NCBI GenBank assembly: GCA_964450225.1
Contig: CAYVFT010000002.1
Span: 4,044 to 68,043 of the forward strand
Length of the DNA: 64,000 nt
Reading direction: 5' to 3'
Origin: an uncultured Crenothrix sp.
GTDB taxonomy: Bacteria > Pseudomonadota > Gammaproteobacteria > Methylococcales > Methylomonadaceae
Shown: positions 49,501-61,500 of the stretch, piece after piece
Position numbering within the stretch: position 1 is the stretch's first letter
Layout: the number at the start of each line of letters is the position of its first letter
Position numbers and translations under genes: made by a program
The notes under the pieces: model-generated
Told to the model about the DNA's origin: nothing
Database searches by the model: none
The model's input: the letters and a program-made list of their open reading frames with translations, nothing else

Positions 49501-52500
49501 CCGGCTAATACTCGTCCTTTCTGGCCGACATAAGCCTCTACATTGCCACTAATAGTGGCTGTCGGTTTCATACTTTGCCCGCCAGCCAGCAGGCTGCCAC
49601 TGCCCCCTCTGATCTTTGCAATTGCCGTGTCATGAGAGACCGCAGTTACGCTCACATCACCGGTAACATTAACCTTAAGGTTTGGGTCAACCGTAAGGAT
49701 CGGAGCATCTTTAACGCCAATAAAGGCGCGGGTATTTGCACTAATGGTGGCATTACTGTTGCCTACCCCGACAGCAATGGCGCCCACTCCAACATAGAAA
49801 AGGTCACTGGTGACAGTATTGGTGGATTGTGCATCGAGGGTAAGGGTAGCCGCACTTACAGAAGCCTTTTCTTCAATGTATGCCTCTGTTTCAGAGCTGA
49901 TGGTTCCCCCCAGATTCATCGCGCTGACAGTCATCAAGCCTACAGAAACTGAATCAACCGTGGCAGTAATAGTGGAAGCAGAGATGGCTTGTAAGAGAAT
50001 CGCTTCCCCTGGTGCATTCAAGGTGGCTTGTTTGTCTACATAAGCCTTGGTTTTACGGCTGATGGATGGTGTAGCGTTAATTACGCCGATAGTCAGGCCG
50101 CCGACATTAACCTGGCTAATATCCGGCGTGGAAGTATTGGTATCCTCTGCCTTGATATCAATTTGATTAGCTGAAACGGTGCTCGTTGCTCCCTTGATAT
50201 AAGCATTGGTTGAGCCTGAAATAGTTGAGGTGTAGTTAATAACATTTACAGCTATAGCGCCTACAGCCACACCGACCACATTTGGAGTAGCATCAGATGT
50301 TGCTTTCGCTTTAACTAACAGGTTTCCCTGGCTAGCCGTGAGATTAGAGGAATCAATATAGGCGTTAACATTAGTTTTAATGTTTTCCTCTGCTGTCACT
50401 ACCACAGCAGTCGCCCCAATGCCTATTGTCACGCCTACGGTGACAGCTACCGTATCAAGGGATGGAGTTGCGGTGGCTGTTACGGAAATATCCCCGCTGC
50501 TGGCGGTTACCGTGGAGTTGACTACCTTCACTGTTACGGTGTCTTCGAGGGTATTCTTGCTTATCGTGACAGCGCCCGCCGCTGCAACAATGCCTCCGGC
50601 GAGGGATACAGTGACGATTTGGGAAGAAAGACTGGCCAAACTATCAGCTTTGATGTCAATTTTACCGGCTGAAATAATTTTACCGGAATCTTCCACGGAA
50701 GCATTGACTTTAGTCGCCAGGGTGTTGGTGGCATTGGTTCCCGCTCCACTCAATGTACCACCTAGACTAATAGAGACTCCAACAGAGGCTGCCACCGCCA
50801 CGGCTTCGATGGATGCTTGTTCTTTGGCAATAACAGAAACACCGGCAATGCCGGCATCACCTAATCGTGCCTGGACATTGCCTGCGTTCTTGACAGAAGC
50901 GCTAATATCATTGGCGATCTCATTGTTGGCGACCGTAGCAGCCACTGATACACTGGCGCCGATCAAACCTACAGTCACAGCAATGGAACTGGCGACTGCA
51001 ACGGATTTAATGGTGGATAAATCTTCAGCGGTAATATTGATGTGATCCGCCTGAATGCCGTTATCTCCGTCTCCATCGATATAGGCATGAATCCGGGTGG
51101 AAATTTTGTTATCGACTTGAGTGCCGGCACCCGCACCGGATAAACTCACGCCGCCACTACCTGCAATCGCCACTGCTCCGGCAACTACAACCGCGCCAAT
51201 GCTTTGATCGGCTAAAGCGGTTACAATCACGTCCCCGGCTGCATTCAGACTGGAATTATGCACATAAGCCTTAATTTCCGCCGTGGGAATAGTGTCATCG
51301 GCATAACTGGCGGCATTGCCGATGATATTCTCGGCTATAGCGACACCAATGGAAGCCGCACCTCCTACAACGCCGCCAATTCCGACTGCTCCTGATATGG
51401 AAACAATAGTAGAGGCTATCGAAGCCGAGGAACGGGCGGTAATCAGAACATTTTCAACTTTTGTTACATTGCTATTTTCGATAAAGGCATTGGTTTTACT
51501 GAGGATGATATTACTCGCATCCGCTCCGGAGGCGCTTACAGCGACTCCTCCCGTTACACCGGCACCCACACTTATGGAAGCAGCCACGGCCAAGGCATCA
51601 ATATTCAATTCCGAAATGGAGATTGTAGAAGCAGTGTCGCTTAAGTCTAAAACATAAGCTTTTCGGGTAGCATCCCTGAACAACCATTGATTACCATCTT
51701 TTAAGGCAGTGAGGGAAGTATCACTTAAGTCCAGGGATAGGCTAATTCCCTGATTTTTCAATAAAACGACTAACAAGGCTTTAGCTGCCGCCATTTCGCC
51801 CACATCGCGGTTTGTATCAGCTTCTTTATTGGAAACGTCGATTGCCTTATTTAATATGTCTTTTAACGTTGTCGAACTGTCAATAGCAGCTTTGGCCTGA
51901 TTAGCTTGCAAAATAGCCTGACTGCTACTACCGGCTTTAACTAAAGCTGCATCGACCAATGCTTTTGCTGCTGTTTTTTGGGAAGCAGTAAAGTTAACTG
52001 TCTGAATATTGTTAATTAGCGGCGTTACCGGCGCAGATAAGGCGGATACCTCCACATTACCGCTGCGGGCTTGAACTAAGTCAGCATTCTTGATAGAAGC
52101 TTCAGTTTCTGAAGTGATAGTATTTTTCGCTAAGGCGACCCCGATTGAGAGTGCTCCTCCTACTAAGCCACCGGCGCCCACAGCGACGGATGCCCCGATA
52201 GCGGTGGATTTGATCTTGGAATCATCGGTAGCGCTCAAGGTAATCTGATCGGCAACAATACCCGTACTACCATCGCCGTCAATATAGGCTTTAACCTTCG
52301 TACCGATACGATTTTCCACGCTAGCCCCAGCGCCGCTAGCCCCTAAACCAATTCCGCCTGACGCACCCACAGCCACAGAAGCCGCCACAACCAGGGCATC
52401 AATGCGACTATGAGAGGTCGCCGTTTGATCGAGGTTACCGGCAGCATCAATGCTGGAGCCTTGGACATAAGCCTGGATGGTGTTAGTCGTGGTATCGTTT

Positions 52501-55500
52501 TGGATGATATTCCCCGAAGCATCAAGATCCGCACCCATCAAGTTACGAGCCACTGCTGCTCCAATGGACGCTCCGATACCACCGCCGGAAACCCCTACAC
52601 CAACGGCCGCAGAAGCTCCTACTACGACTGCGCTGACAGTAGCCGTACTTTGGGCATCAAGAACGACGTCGGCAGCACTTGTTAATTTACTGTCTTGAAC
52701 ATAGGCGTTAGTCTTGGTGAGAATAATATTGGTAGATTCTGCTCCTGCCCCGCTCAATGCCACTCCAACGGCGCCCCCTATAGCGGCCGAAAGGGATGCG
52801 GCAACGGAAAGGCTGGAAATGGATGTTTCTGCTAACCAGCGTTGCGTGTCACCGTAATCTTCCGTGGACAGATTTTGAGAAATGAGTTGCCATTTTGCCG
52901 TATCGGAATAATCAGCTTTGCCAAGATCAACAGTTTGATTATCGAGACCGGATTTGGCTTTGTAAAATGCGCCCGCAATGCCTTTGCCGCTGAAATCATC
53001 CGCCAATTTAACGATGTCATTTGTCTTGAGGGTGGCGCTGCCAAAATTGGAAGTATATTGATATTGTTCCCCAAGGAAACGATAAACTTTATTTCCACCC
53101 GCTTGTACCTTATCCCCTGTTCTTAATGCCTGAGAGCCTGAATTAGTATATTCAAAGCCAAAATCACTCGGATCTTCAAGGACAGAAGCATTTAAGATAA
53201 TGTCACCTGTGGTTGATTCCACTTCGGCGTCTTTGATAATGGCCTCGACATTATTGCTAATATGATTCTTGGCCAGAGACACACCAACCGAAAGAGCGCC
53301 ACTTATCCCGCCGCTGCCGGCAATGCCCAATGAAGCTGCGGCGACATCGGACCGAATGTGGGACTTATCACTGGCAGTCAGCTCGACCCGGTCGGCATGA
53401 ATGCCGCTGTCGCCATCGCCGTCGATATAGGCTTTCACATCAATCGCGATTTTGTTTACGGCGCTGGAACCGGCGCCTGTAAGGGCAAGGCCGTTGCCGC
53501 CTCCGGCGATGGCGACTGACAAGCCCAATACCAGAGATTCAATGCTCTCGTTGGACTCCGCCGTTTGTATCAGGTCGCCCGTAGCGGAGATACTGGAATT
53601 CTTGACGTAAGCCTGAGCCTGAGCCCGCTTGGGATTGGTGGGCTGATTGTTTGAGTCCAGATCCCAGCCGATCAGGTTGCGTGCTATCGAAACGCCGATA
53701 GAACCAGCTCCTCCCAAACTTCCGCCTACGCCCACTGCGGCCGATGCGGCCGCTACCGTTGCGTGGATGGATGAAATGTCAGAGGCGATCAGTTCAACGT
53801 TGCCGGTCCCGTCGCCGGTACCCGCACCCAGCGTTACGAGCTTGCCATCCTCCACATAGGCATTGGTCTTGGTCAGGATGACATTGGTAGATTCTGCGCC
53901 CGCGCCGCTAAGCGACACTGCAAGTGAAGGACTTCCTGAAAGCGCCAACGATGCCGCCACGGATAGTGCATCGATGGTGGCATTTTCTTCCGCTTTCAGG
54001 GTAATGTCGCCGGTTCTGGCTGTAACAACGTTGTCGGCATTCTTGATAGAAGCCTCGATTTCATTGGAGATATAATTACGGGCCAGCGAAACACCAATGG
54101 ACAGGGCGACTCCTGCACTGCTTCCATAGGCTCCTGCCAGCGAAGCGCCGGCCGCGTTTACTTCAATAGCGGAGTTATCGACCGCAGTCAATAGCACGTT
54201 ATTCGCCTTGATGCCGGTGAGACCATCGCCATCAATGTAAGCCTTGACATCGGTGGCGATCCGGTTTTCCGCGCTCACTCCCGCTCCGCTAAGGCCCACG
54301 CCGACACCACCCAGTCCCGCCGAAATCGATACCGAACCCGCAAATACGAAAGCGTCGATGCGCTGGTTGGAATTGGCGTCGAGAGTGAGATCGCTCGCGC
54401 TGGTGACACTGGAATCCTTGATGTAAGCCTGTGTTTCCGCAGCCTTAAGGGTCGGCGCGCCAACCGTATTTGGTTCCCAGCCGATGTAGTTCTCGGCCAA
54501 TGCAACGCCGATGGAAGCACCAACCGCGCTCTGTCCGCCCACGGCCAACGCCACCGAAACAGCAAGCACTGTGGCATCTATGGACGCAGTGTTGCCCGCA
54601 TCCAGATCGACTTTCCCGGCGCTATCGATTGTGCTGTCCTGGATAAAAGCATTGCCTCTGGAAAGAATGACATTGGTAGCCGACGCGCCCGCTCCGGCCA
54701 ATGCCACTGCGGTCTGCGCTGAGAACGAAGCGCTCACGGAAACGGCAGTCGATTGCGCGGATATGGAAGCCTGTTGCCGCCAGCGGCTTGCATCGGAATA
54801 GTCCTCTGCTGCCAGGTCGCTAGTAACCAATTCCCAATTTGCAGTGTCGGTCGCGTAATCGATAGAACTGAGATCCACACCGGTCATAGCCACTTTGGCG
54901 CGATAAAACTTATTGGCCTCGGCATTGTGAGTATAGTCGCCGGCCACTTTGACGATGTCGCCGGCCTTGAGGTCGGCTCCCAACGCGATATCGGGCGAGC
55001 CGCTAGTCACTTCCTCCCACACATTTGTGTCGAGGAAATTTTCGGTACCCAAGTCCACGTCGCGGTTGATGTCATTTTTGGCCTTGTACAGCTTGCTGGA
55101 TGAACCCGCGGTCTTGACAATCCGGCCCACTGCGACACCGGAAATAACGAGCGGCGCGGTAGTGGAGGCCGTCGTGTAACGGTAGGCCTCGCCCAGAAAC
55201 ATGAACAGTACCCCGCCGGTTGCCTTAACGACGTCGCCCACAGCCAGAGCGGCGCTGCCCGTGTTGTTGTAATCGCTGGCGAAATCGCCGGTATCCTCCA
55301 GGGTATCCGCCAGGACAGTGATCGCCCCGATGTTGGTTTTAACGTCGGCACTCTTGATAAAAGCGTCGACAGTGTTATTGATATAGTTACGGGCGATGGA
55401 GGCGCCGATGGAAATGGTTGCAGCAGTACCTCCAGCCAGCGCACCAGCCACGGAAACAGCTTGGGCATCGGCATGGATGCGCGACTTGTCGTAAGCCTCG

Positions 55501-58500
55501 ATGGAAATCGCGCCACCATCGGCATCCTGGCCTTTGGCGGTCACCTTCTTAACGCTGGCGCCACCGTCAATGTAGGCCTGGATTTTCGTTGATATTTCGT
55601 TCTCGACATAAAGCCCTGCGCCGCTAAGACTGGTGGCCCCTTGGGTTGACAGCGCGACGGCGACTGACGTCGCTCTAATGGTCGCATCAACATAGTTGTC
55701 GCTGGTGGCGCTAAGGCTCACTGTGCCGTCGGCAGTCACCACGGAATTGCTTATAAACGCCAGCACTTCATTGGGTTTATTGCCGTCCCTATCTCCAATC
55801 TGGTTTTGAGCGACGGATATGCCGATAGACAAGCCGAGTGAATTCTGCAGACCGGCAGCCACGCTAACCGAACTGGCGCGAACCTCGGCCGTGATGATGG
55901 AGACTTCGGACGCAGTTACGCTGACGTTACCTTTGCCCGTACCGTGTGCAAAGACGGTACTATCCTCAATCGAGGCATTCGTTTTACCGAAAATAGAATT
56001 GAATGCGAGCGCCCCGCCGCCGCTAAAGGATTTGCCCTGGTTAGCGCTAGCTGCAACCGAAACTGACGAAGCGGCGACCGTTGAAACGATCTCCGCCTGC
56101 TGATCGGCTTTGACGCTGATGTCGCCGTCTTGGGCCGTCAGCGTTAATTTCTTGGCATATGCCTTCATATCATGGTCGATTTCATTCCGGGTAGCGCTGA
56201 TGCCAAGCGAAATGTCGAGAGAATTGGAACCGGCAGACGCGGCAACAGAAACCGATGACGCAGTGGAAATTGCGTCAATATACGAGGTATCGGTCGCAGT
56301 AATCTCAATACCCTTCCCAGCGGTGACGGTTTTTGGCGCACCGGTGGCACCATCAATATAAGCTGCTGAGTCAGTCGCGATCTTATTCATGGCGATCACG
56401 GCACCGACGCTGACTGTAGAGCTCGATGAAGAGCCAGAACCAGCGCCTAAAGACGGATTAATCGAAAGGGCCGAAGTATCTATGTGTGCATTGATCAGGC
56501 TGTCGGACAGGGTAGAAACAAGTATGTCGCCTTTGGTGGAGACACCGGAATTCTCGATATAAGCATTAATCAGCGACGGATCTTGCGTACCCAAAATTGC
56601 CCCAAAGACATCGATCGTGTTGAACAGGAAGTTTTGGGACTTCCAGCCGATGGTGTTGAAAGCCAGAGTGACGCCGACTGAAGTACCGTTGGAACCTGTA
56701 TAGCTGTCAATTTTGGATGTGATGGACATGAGGCTCTCAGCAGTGACGCTGACGTCACCACCGGTTGTCGTGTTTGACACGCTGCTGTCTATTATGTAGG
56801 CCTCGGTGTTGCTCAGGATCAGGTTAGTAGCAATGATGGCGTTCACCGCGGTAGCGGCGCCACCTCCGAACGATGCGGCAACCGCTTCGGCCTCGCTGTC
56901 CAGATCAGCCAGGATTTGCGCTTCTTCAAGCGCGCTAACCAGCATATTGCCGCCGCTGACGGAGACTATCGCGTTGTCTACATGGGCTGCCGCGCCGCCG
57001 CGGACGTCGTTCATTGCTGCCGCTCCGGAAATACCGGAGGCGCGCGGTTTCTGACCGGGTGACAAGCTGACTCCAACCGCCGAGGCTGACAATGTCAAAG
57101 TGGCATCAACACCGGCGTGGTCTATGGCCGATACTGTCAAGCCACCGGCGGTTTCGATGTCCGCCCCGGGAGCCGCCGCGTGAACGAAACCATCTTTATT
57201 GGCGATATAAGCTTGCGCTTCTCCGCTGACCCTGTTTAGGGAAGCCACGAGTCCCAGGCTCAGAGTCTTGGCAGTAGTAGCGGAAGACGAAGTTCCGAGA
57301 TCCAAGGCCTTGGAATCGGTGGTATTGGTAATGCTAGAAACGATATCCAGTTCATTCAGTGCTGTGACCGCAAGCGCTTCGCCGGTATGGACGATGCTGT
57401 CTTCAATGCTGGCCTTCGCCGCTGAACCGACTTGTCCCTGGAATTTGTTGGACAGCAGCGGATCGCCCAATAGCGTGTCGATCGTATTGAACAGAGCGTT
57501 CTGGGATTTCCAGCCAATGGTGTTGAAAGCCAGGGTAATGGCGATGTCGTTTGCTTCAGTGACCGGCACGGTTTCATCGGCGGTAACCTTGTTAATCAGC
57601 GTCGCGGTAATTTGAGCGGTGTTTTCAGCGTTTACTGCAACTGCTCCGCCCACATCGACGCTGCTGCCAGCGATGCCGGCGGTAGCCCCGTTCAGTACCA
57701 GGTTGGTAGAGATGATACCGCCAACAGCGAGTGAAGACGCATTGCCGAACTGTACGCCGGAAGTCTTGGCTTCCACGTCGATAACCGAACCTATCGTCGC
57801 ATCCTCGAAAGCGAGCACATTGACGCCACCGTCAGAAGTAACCGTAGCATTTACGATCGATGCACCAGCTCCACCTCGCACGTCGTTTAGCGACACTGCT
57901 CCGGCAACCGCCGAAGATTTTACCTGGGTGGTATTGTTGATGCTGTTTGTTTCAGTAACTGATTCCAGCTCAAGCGAAGAGCCTATGTCGGCCATGTCGC
58001 GCGCAGTCACGTCGACACCCTTATCCGCCTGGACGAGATGGGCGGCAAAGCCAGTGCCTGTAAAACCGACAGACGCATCAGCTGCACTGCTGACCTTGTT
58101 CATCGCAACAACTGCCCCGAGAGCAGTACCTTTACGGCCCTTTAGGCCAAACGAACTGGTTTCGCTGGTGTTTTTCACAGATGAAGTGATACTGGCATCA
58201 GCAATTGCTCCCACCGAAACATTGCCGCTGGCGTCGAGCAAAGTGTCCAGCACTGATGCCGTCGCACCGGAACCGATGTTGCCGCCAAATGCATTCGCGA
58301 TCAACGGATCACCAATAAGAGCGTCGATCGTATTAAACAGGATGTTCTGCGACTGCCAGCCAATGGTATTGAAGGCCAGAGTAACGCCGAAAGCATCATT
58401 TTTAGCGCCGGTTCCCGAAGTACCGGTGGAGATGTCTTGAGACGACGATTCCGCCGAATTAACGACGCTCGCCGAAATGATCGCAGTGTTCTTGGCTTTG

Positions 58501-61500
58501 ACGACCAGATTGCCCGCCATGACATCCTGAGTCAGCACACTGCTGTTATGGATGCTGGCGTCAGCTTTGCTCTGTACAAGGTTGGTGGCAATGACGCCAC
58601 TGACAACGAGCGAAGGCCCGCTGGCGCCTGTGCCGATCACCGAAGCCTTAGCTTCGACTTCACTCACAGTAGTAGAAGTCAACTGGGCAGCTTCGTTTGC
58701 CTTTACTTGCACATCACCGTTCTTCGCTTTGACCGTAGCGTAGCCAATGGCCGCACTTGCACCTCCACGCACGTCATTCAAAGTGACTGCTCCGCCGATG
58801 GCGCGTGTTCCCGTAGGGGTACCGCTACCGCCGCCGGTGTCAGTGTTGTTGCTATCAGAGCTGCTGCCTACCGTGATGGTTGAAGTGATATTTGCGGTAT
58901 CTTTTGCGACAACGCTCACGCCTTGATCAGCTGTAACCAAAGATACAGAGGGGTTGCCGTTGGTAAAGTCGATGCGAGCCTCTGCGGCGCTACTGACTTT
59001 GTTCATAGCGACGACAAAACCCAGGGCCAAGGTTTGGCTGCCCCTGAGGCCAATGCCGGTGCCTGTGCTGCTAGCGGTGGTAGTGTTGCTGATGTCAGAA
59101 CTCAGCGTGGCGTCTGCTATGGCATTGACCTCAACTTGTCCGCCGGCAGCCACGACAGTGTCTTTCAGCAGCGCGGTGGCGCCGGAGCCAATGTTGCCGC
59201 CGAAGGCGGCGTCGGACAGGACCGGCGCGCCTAGCAAGGCATCAAGGGTGTTGAACAGGATATTCTGCGAGGCCCACCCGATGGTGTTGAAGGCCAGGGT
59301 CACGCCGACGCCGGAGGTACCGGCGGGCTGATTGTTGTTATTGGCGGTGGTGCCGAGCAGGTCGGAGGTGGCGTCCGCGGCGTTAACTGTGGTAGCCGTG
59401 AGTTTCGCTTTTTGGGTCGCAAGGATCGTGACGTCGCCGGTAGTAGTAATGGCGCCGTTCAGCACGCTGGCTTCAGTATCGCTTTGCACCAGGTTGGTGG
59501 CGATGATGGCGCTTACCGCCAAAGTTGCGCCGGTGCTCATGCCCAAGCCGGTGGCTTCGTTGTTGGCAGCAATTTCGCTGGTGGTGGTCGCAGTCAGCAC
59601 GGCCGTTTCGTCAGCCATGACCAGGACACTGGCGCCGCTAACTTTCGCAAAGTCAATGCCGGCGCTGGCGCCGCCACGGGCATCGTTCAGGGACACGGCG
59701 CCGCCGATGGCGCGCACGCCAGTCGGAGGGGCGCCATTAGTACCGCCGGTACCGTATTTGCTGCTGTCGGACGTGCTGCTCAAGGTAATAGTGGCATTGA
59801 TGCTGGCACTGTCGGTGGCGCTCACGGTCACGCCGCCGGTGGCGGTGATCAGGTGATCCGCCAAAAGGCCGGACGTAAAGTCAATCTGTGCTTCGGCGGC
59901 GCTGCTGACTTTGTTCATGGCGACTACGCCGCCCAGGGCCAGAGTTTGACCGCCCTGCAACTGGGTACCGGTGGCGCTGGTGGTGGCTGTGGTCGTATTC
60001 CTAATATCAGACGTTAAGGTCGCGTCCGACAGGGCCTCTACGGATAGCTTGCCGGAGGAATCAACCACAGTGTCCACTAGCTTGGCTGTTGCATTGGACG
60101 GATTTTCCCCATTGAAGGCACCGGCCAAAAGGGAATCACCCAACAGAGCATCCAGGGTATTGAAAAGAACGTTCTGGGATTCCCAACCGATGGTATTGAA
60201 GGCGAGAGTGACGCCGACTGCTCGGGTACTGGTATTCCCACTGCCGGGGTTGCTGCCTCCTGTAGAAGTGGTGTCGATCTTGGCGGTCGCCGAGTTGATG
60301 GTCCTGGCGATTAGGCTGGCTGTGTTGGCGGCGCTAACCTCGATATCGCCCTTCTCCGTCGGCGTGTTCAGGCTAGTAGTCAGATCGCTGTTACGAATCG
60401 TTGCGGTCGCTGCACTTTGAACCAGATTAGTGCCAATCAGCCCGTTAACGGCAAGAGACGGTCCAGCCGCAAGCACCAGACCAAGCGCCTCGACACTGGC
60501 GAACAACTCGCTCGTCGTCTTGGCAATCAGCTCAGCCGCTTCTTCGGCCGTGACAACGATATCGCCATGATTGACATCTACCGTGCTGTCATCTATTGAC
60601 GCCGCTGCTCCGCCGCGCACGTCATTCATCGATACCGCACCGGCGATGCCCTTGACTCCCTTCATAGGAGTGGTGCCGTCCGCTCCGGTCCCGGTGATAT
60701 CCGTTATCACCGCCGTTCCGAGAGTGATGGTAGCATCGATCCCGGCCGTGTCATGAGCTCCAATAGCAAGCCCGCCTTTAGCAACGATCAGGTGACTCGC
60801 CAACGCACCGGACATAAAATCGACGGACGCTTCGGCTTTGCTGCTCACCTTGTTCATCGCCAGGACGATGCCGAGTGCAAGGCCTTGCCGCCCTTGCAGG
60901 CTGGTTCCGTCGGCATCGGCGGACGACTTCGTGTCATTGGTGACAGTGGAAACGATCTGTGCGTTGGACGTGGCGTCGATGACCAATTGACCGTTCGCGT
61001 GAACGACGGTATCCACTAGTTTCGCCGTCGCGCCGGAGCCGATGTTGTTGCCGAATGCGGTATCGGACAAAACAGGTGCGCCCAGCAAGGCATCAATGGC
61101 ATTGAACAGGATATTCTGTGATTTCCACCCCAACGTATTGAAAGCGAGGGCGACGCCAATCGCGTCGGTTTCGACGCCAGTGACCGGATCCCTTGACTCT
61201 TGGCTAAAGGTTCCGCTGTCCGTGGATACCGAAACGCCGTTGACCATCTTTGCGGTCAGGGCGGCGGAGTTGTCAGCCTCGACCATAACCAGCCCTTTGC
61301 CTGCGGCGGTATCCAAGGTGGTTAGATCACTGCGGAGGATGGCCGCATCCGCCTTGCTCTGAACGAGGTTAGTCGCAATCAACCCACTCGCCCCCAAGGT
61401 GGAACTGGGGCCGGTCCTGGCGAACGGCCGATACCATTTGTTCGTTATCACAGATGAACTGGCTACGAGCTCGCTGGTGGTCTCTGCTTTCAGTTCTGCC

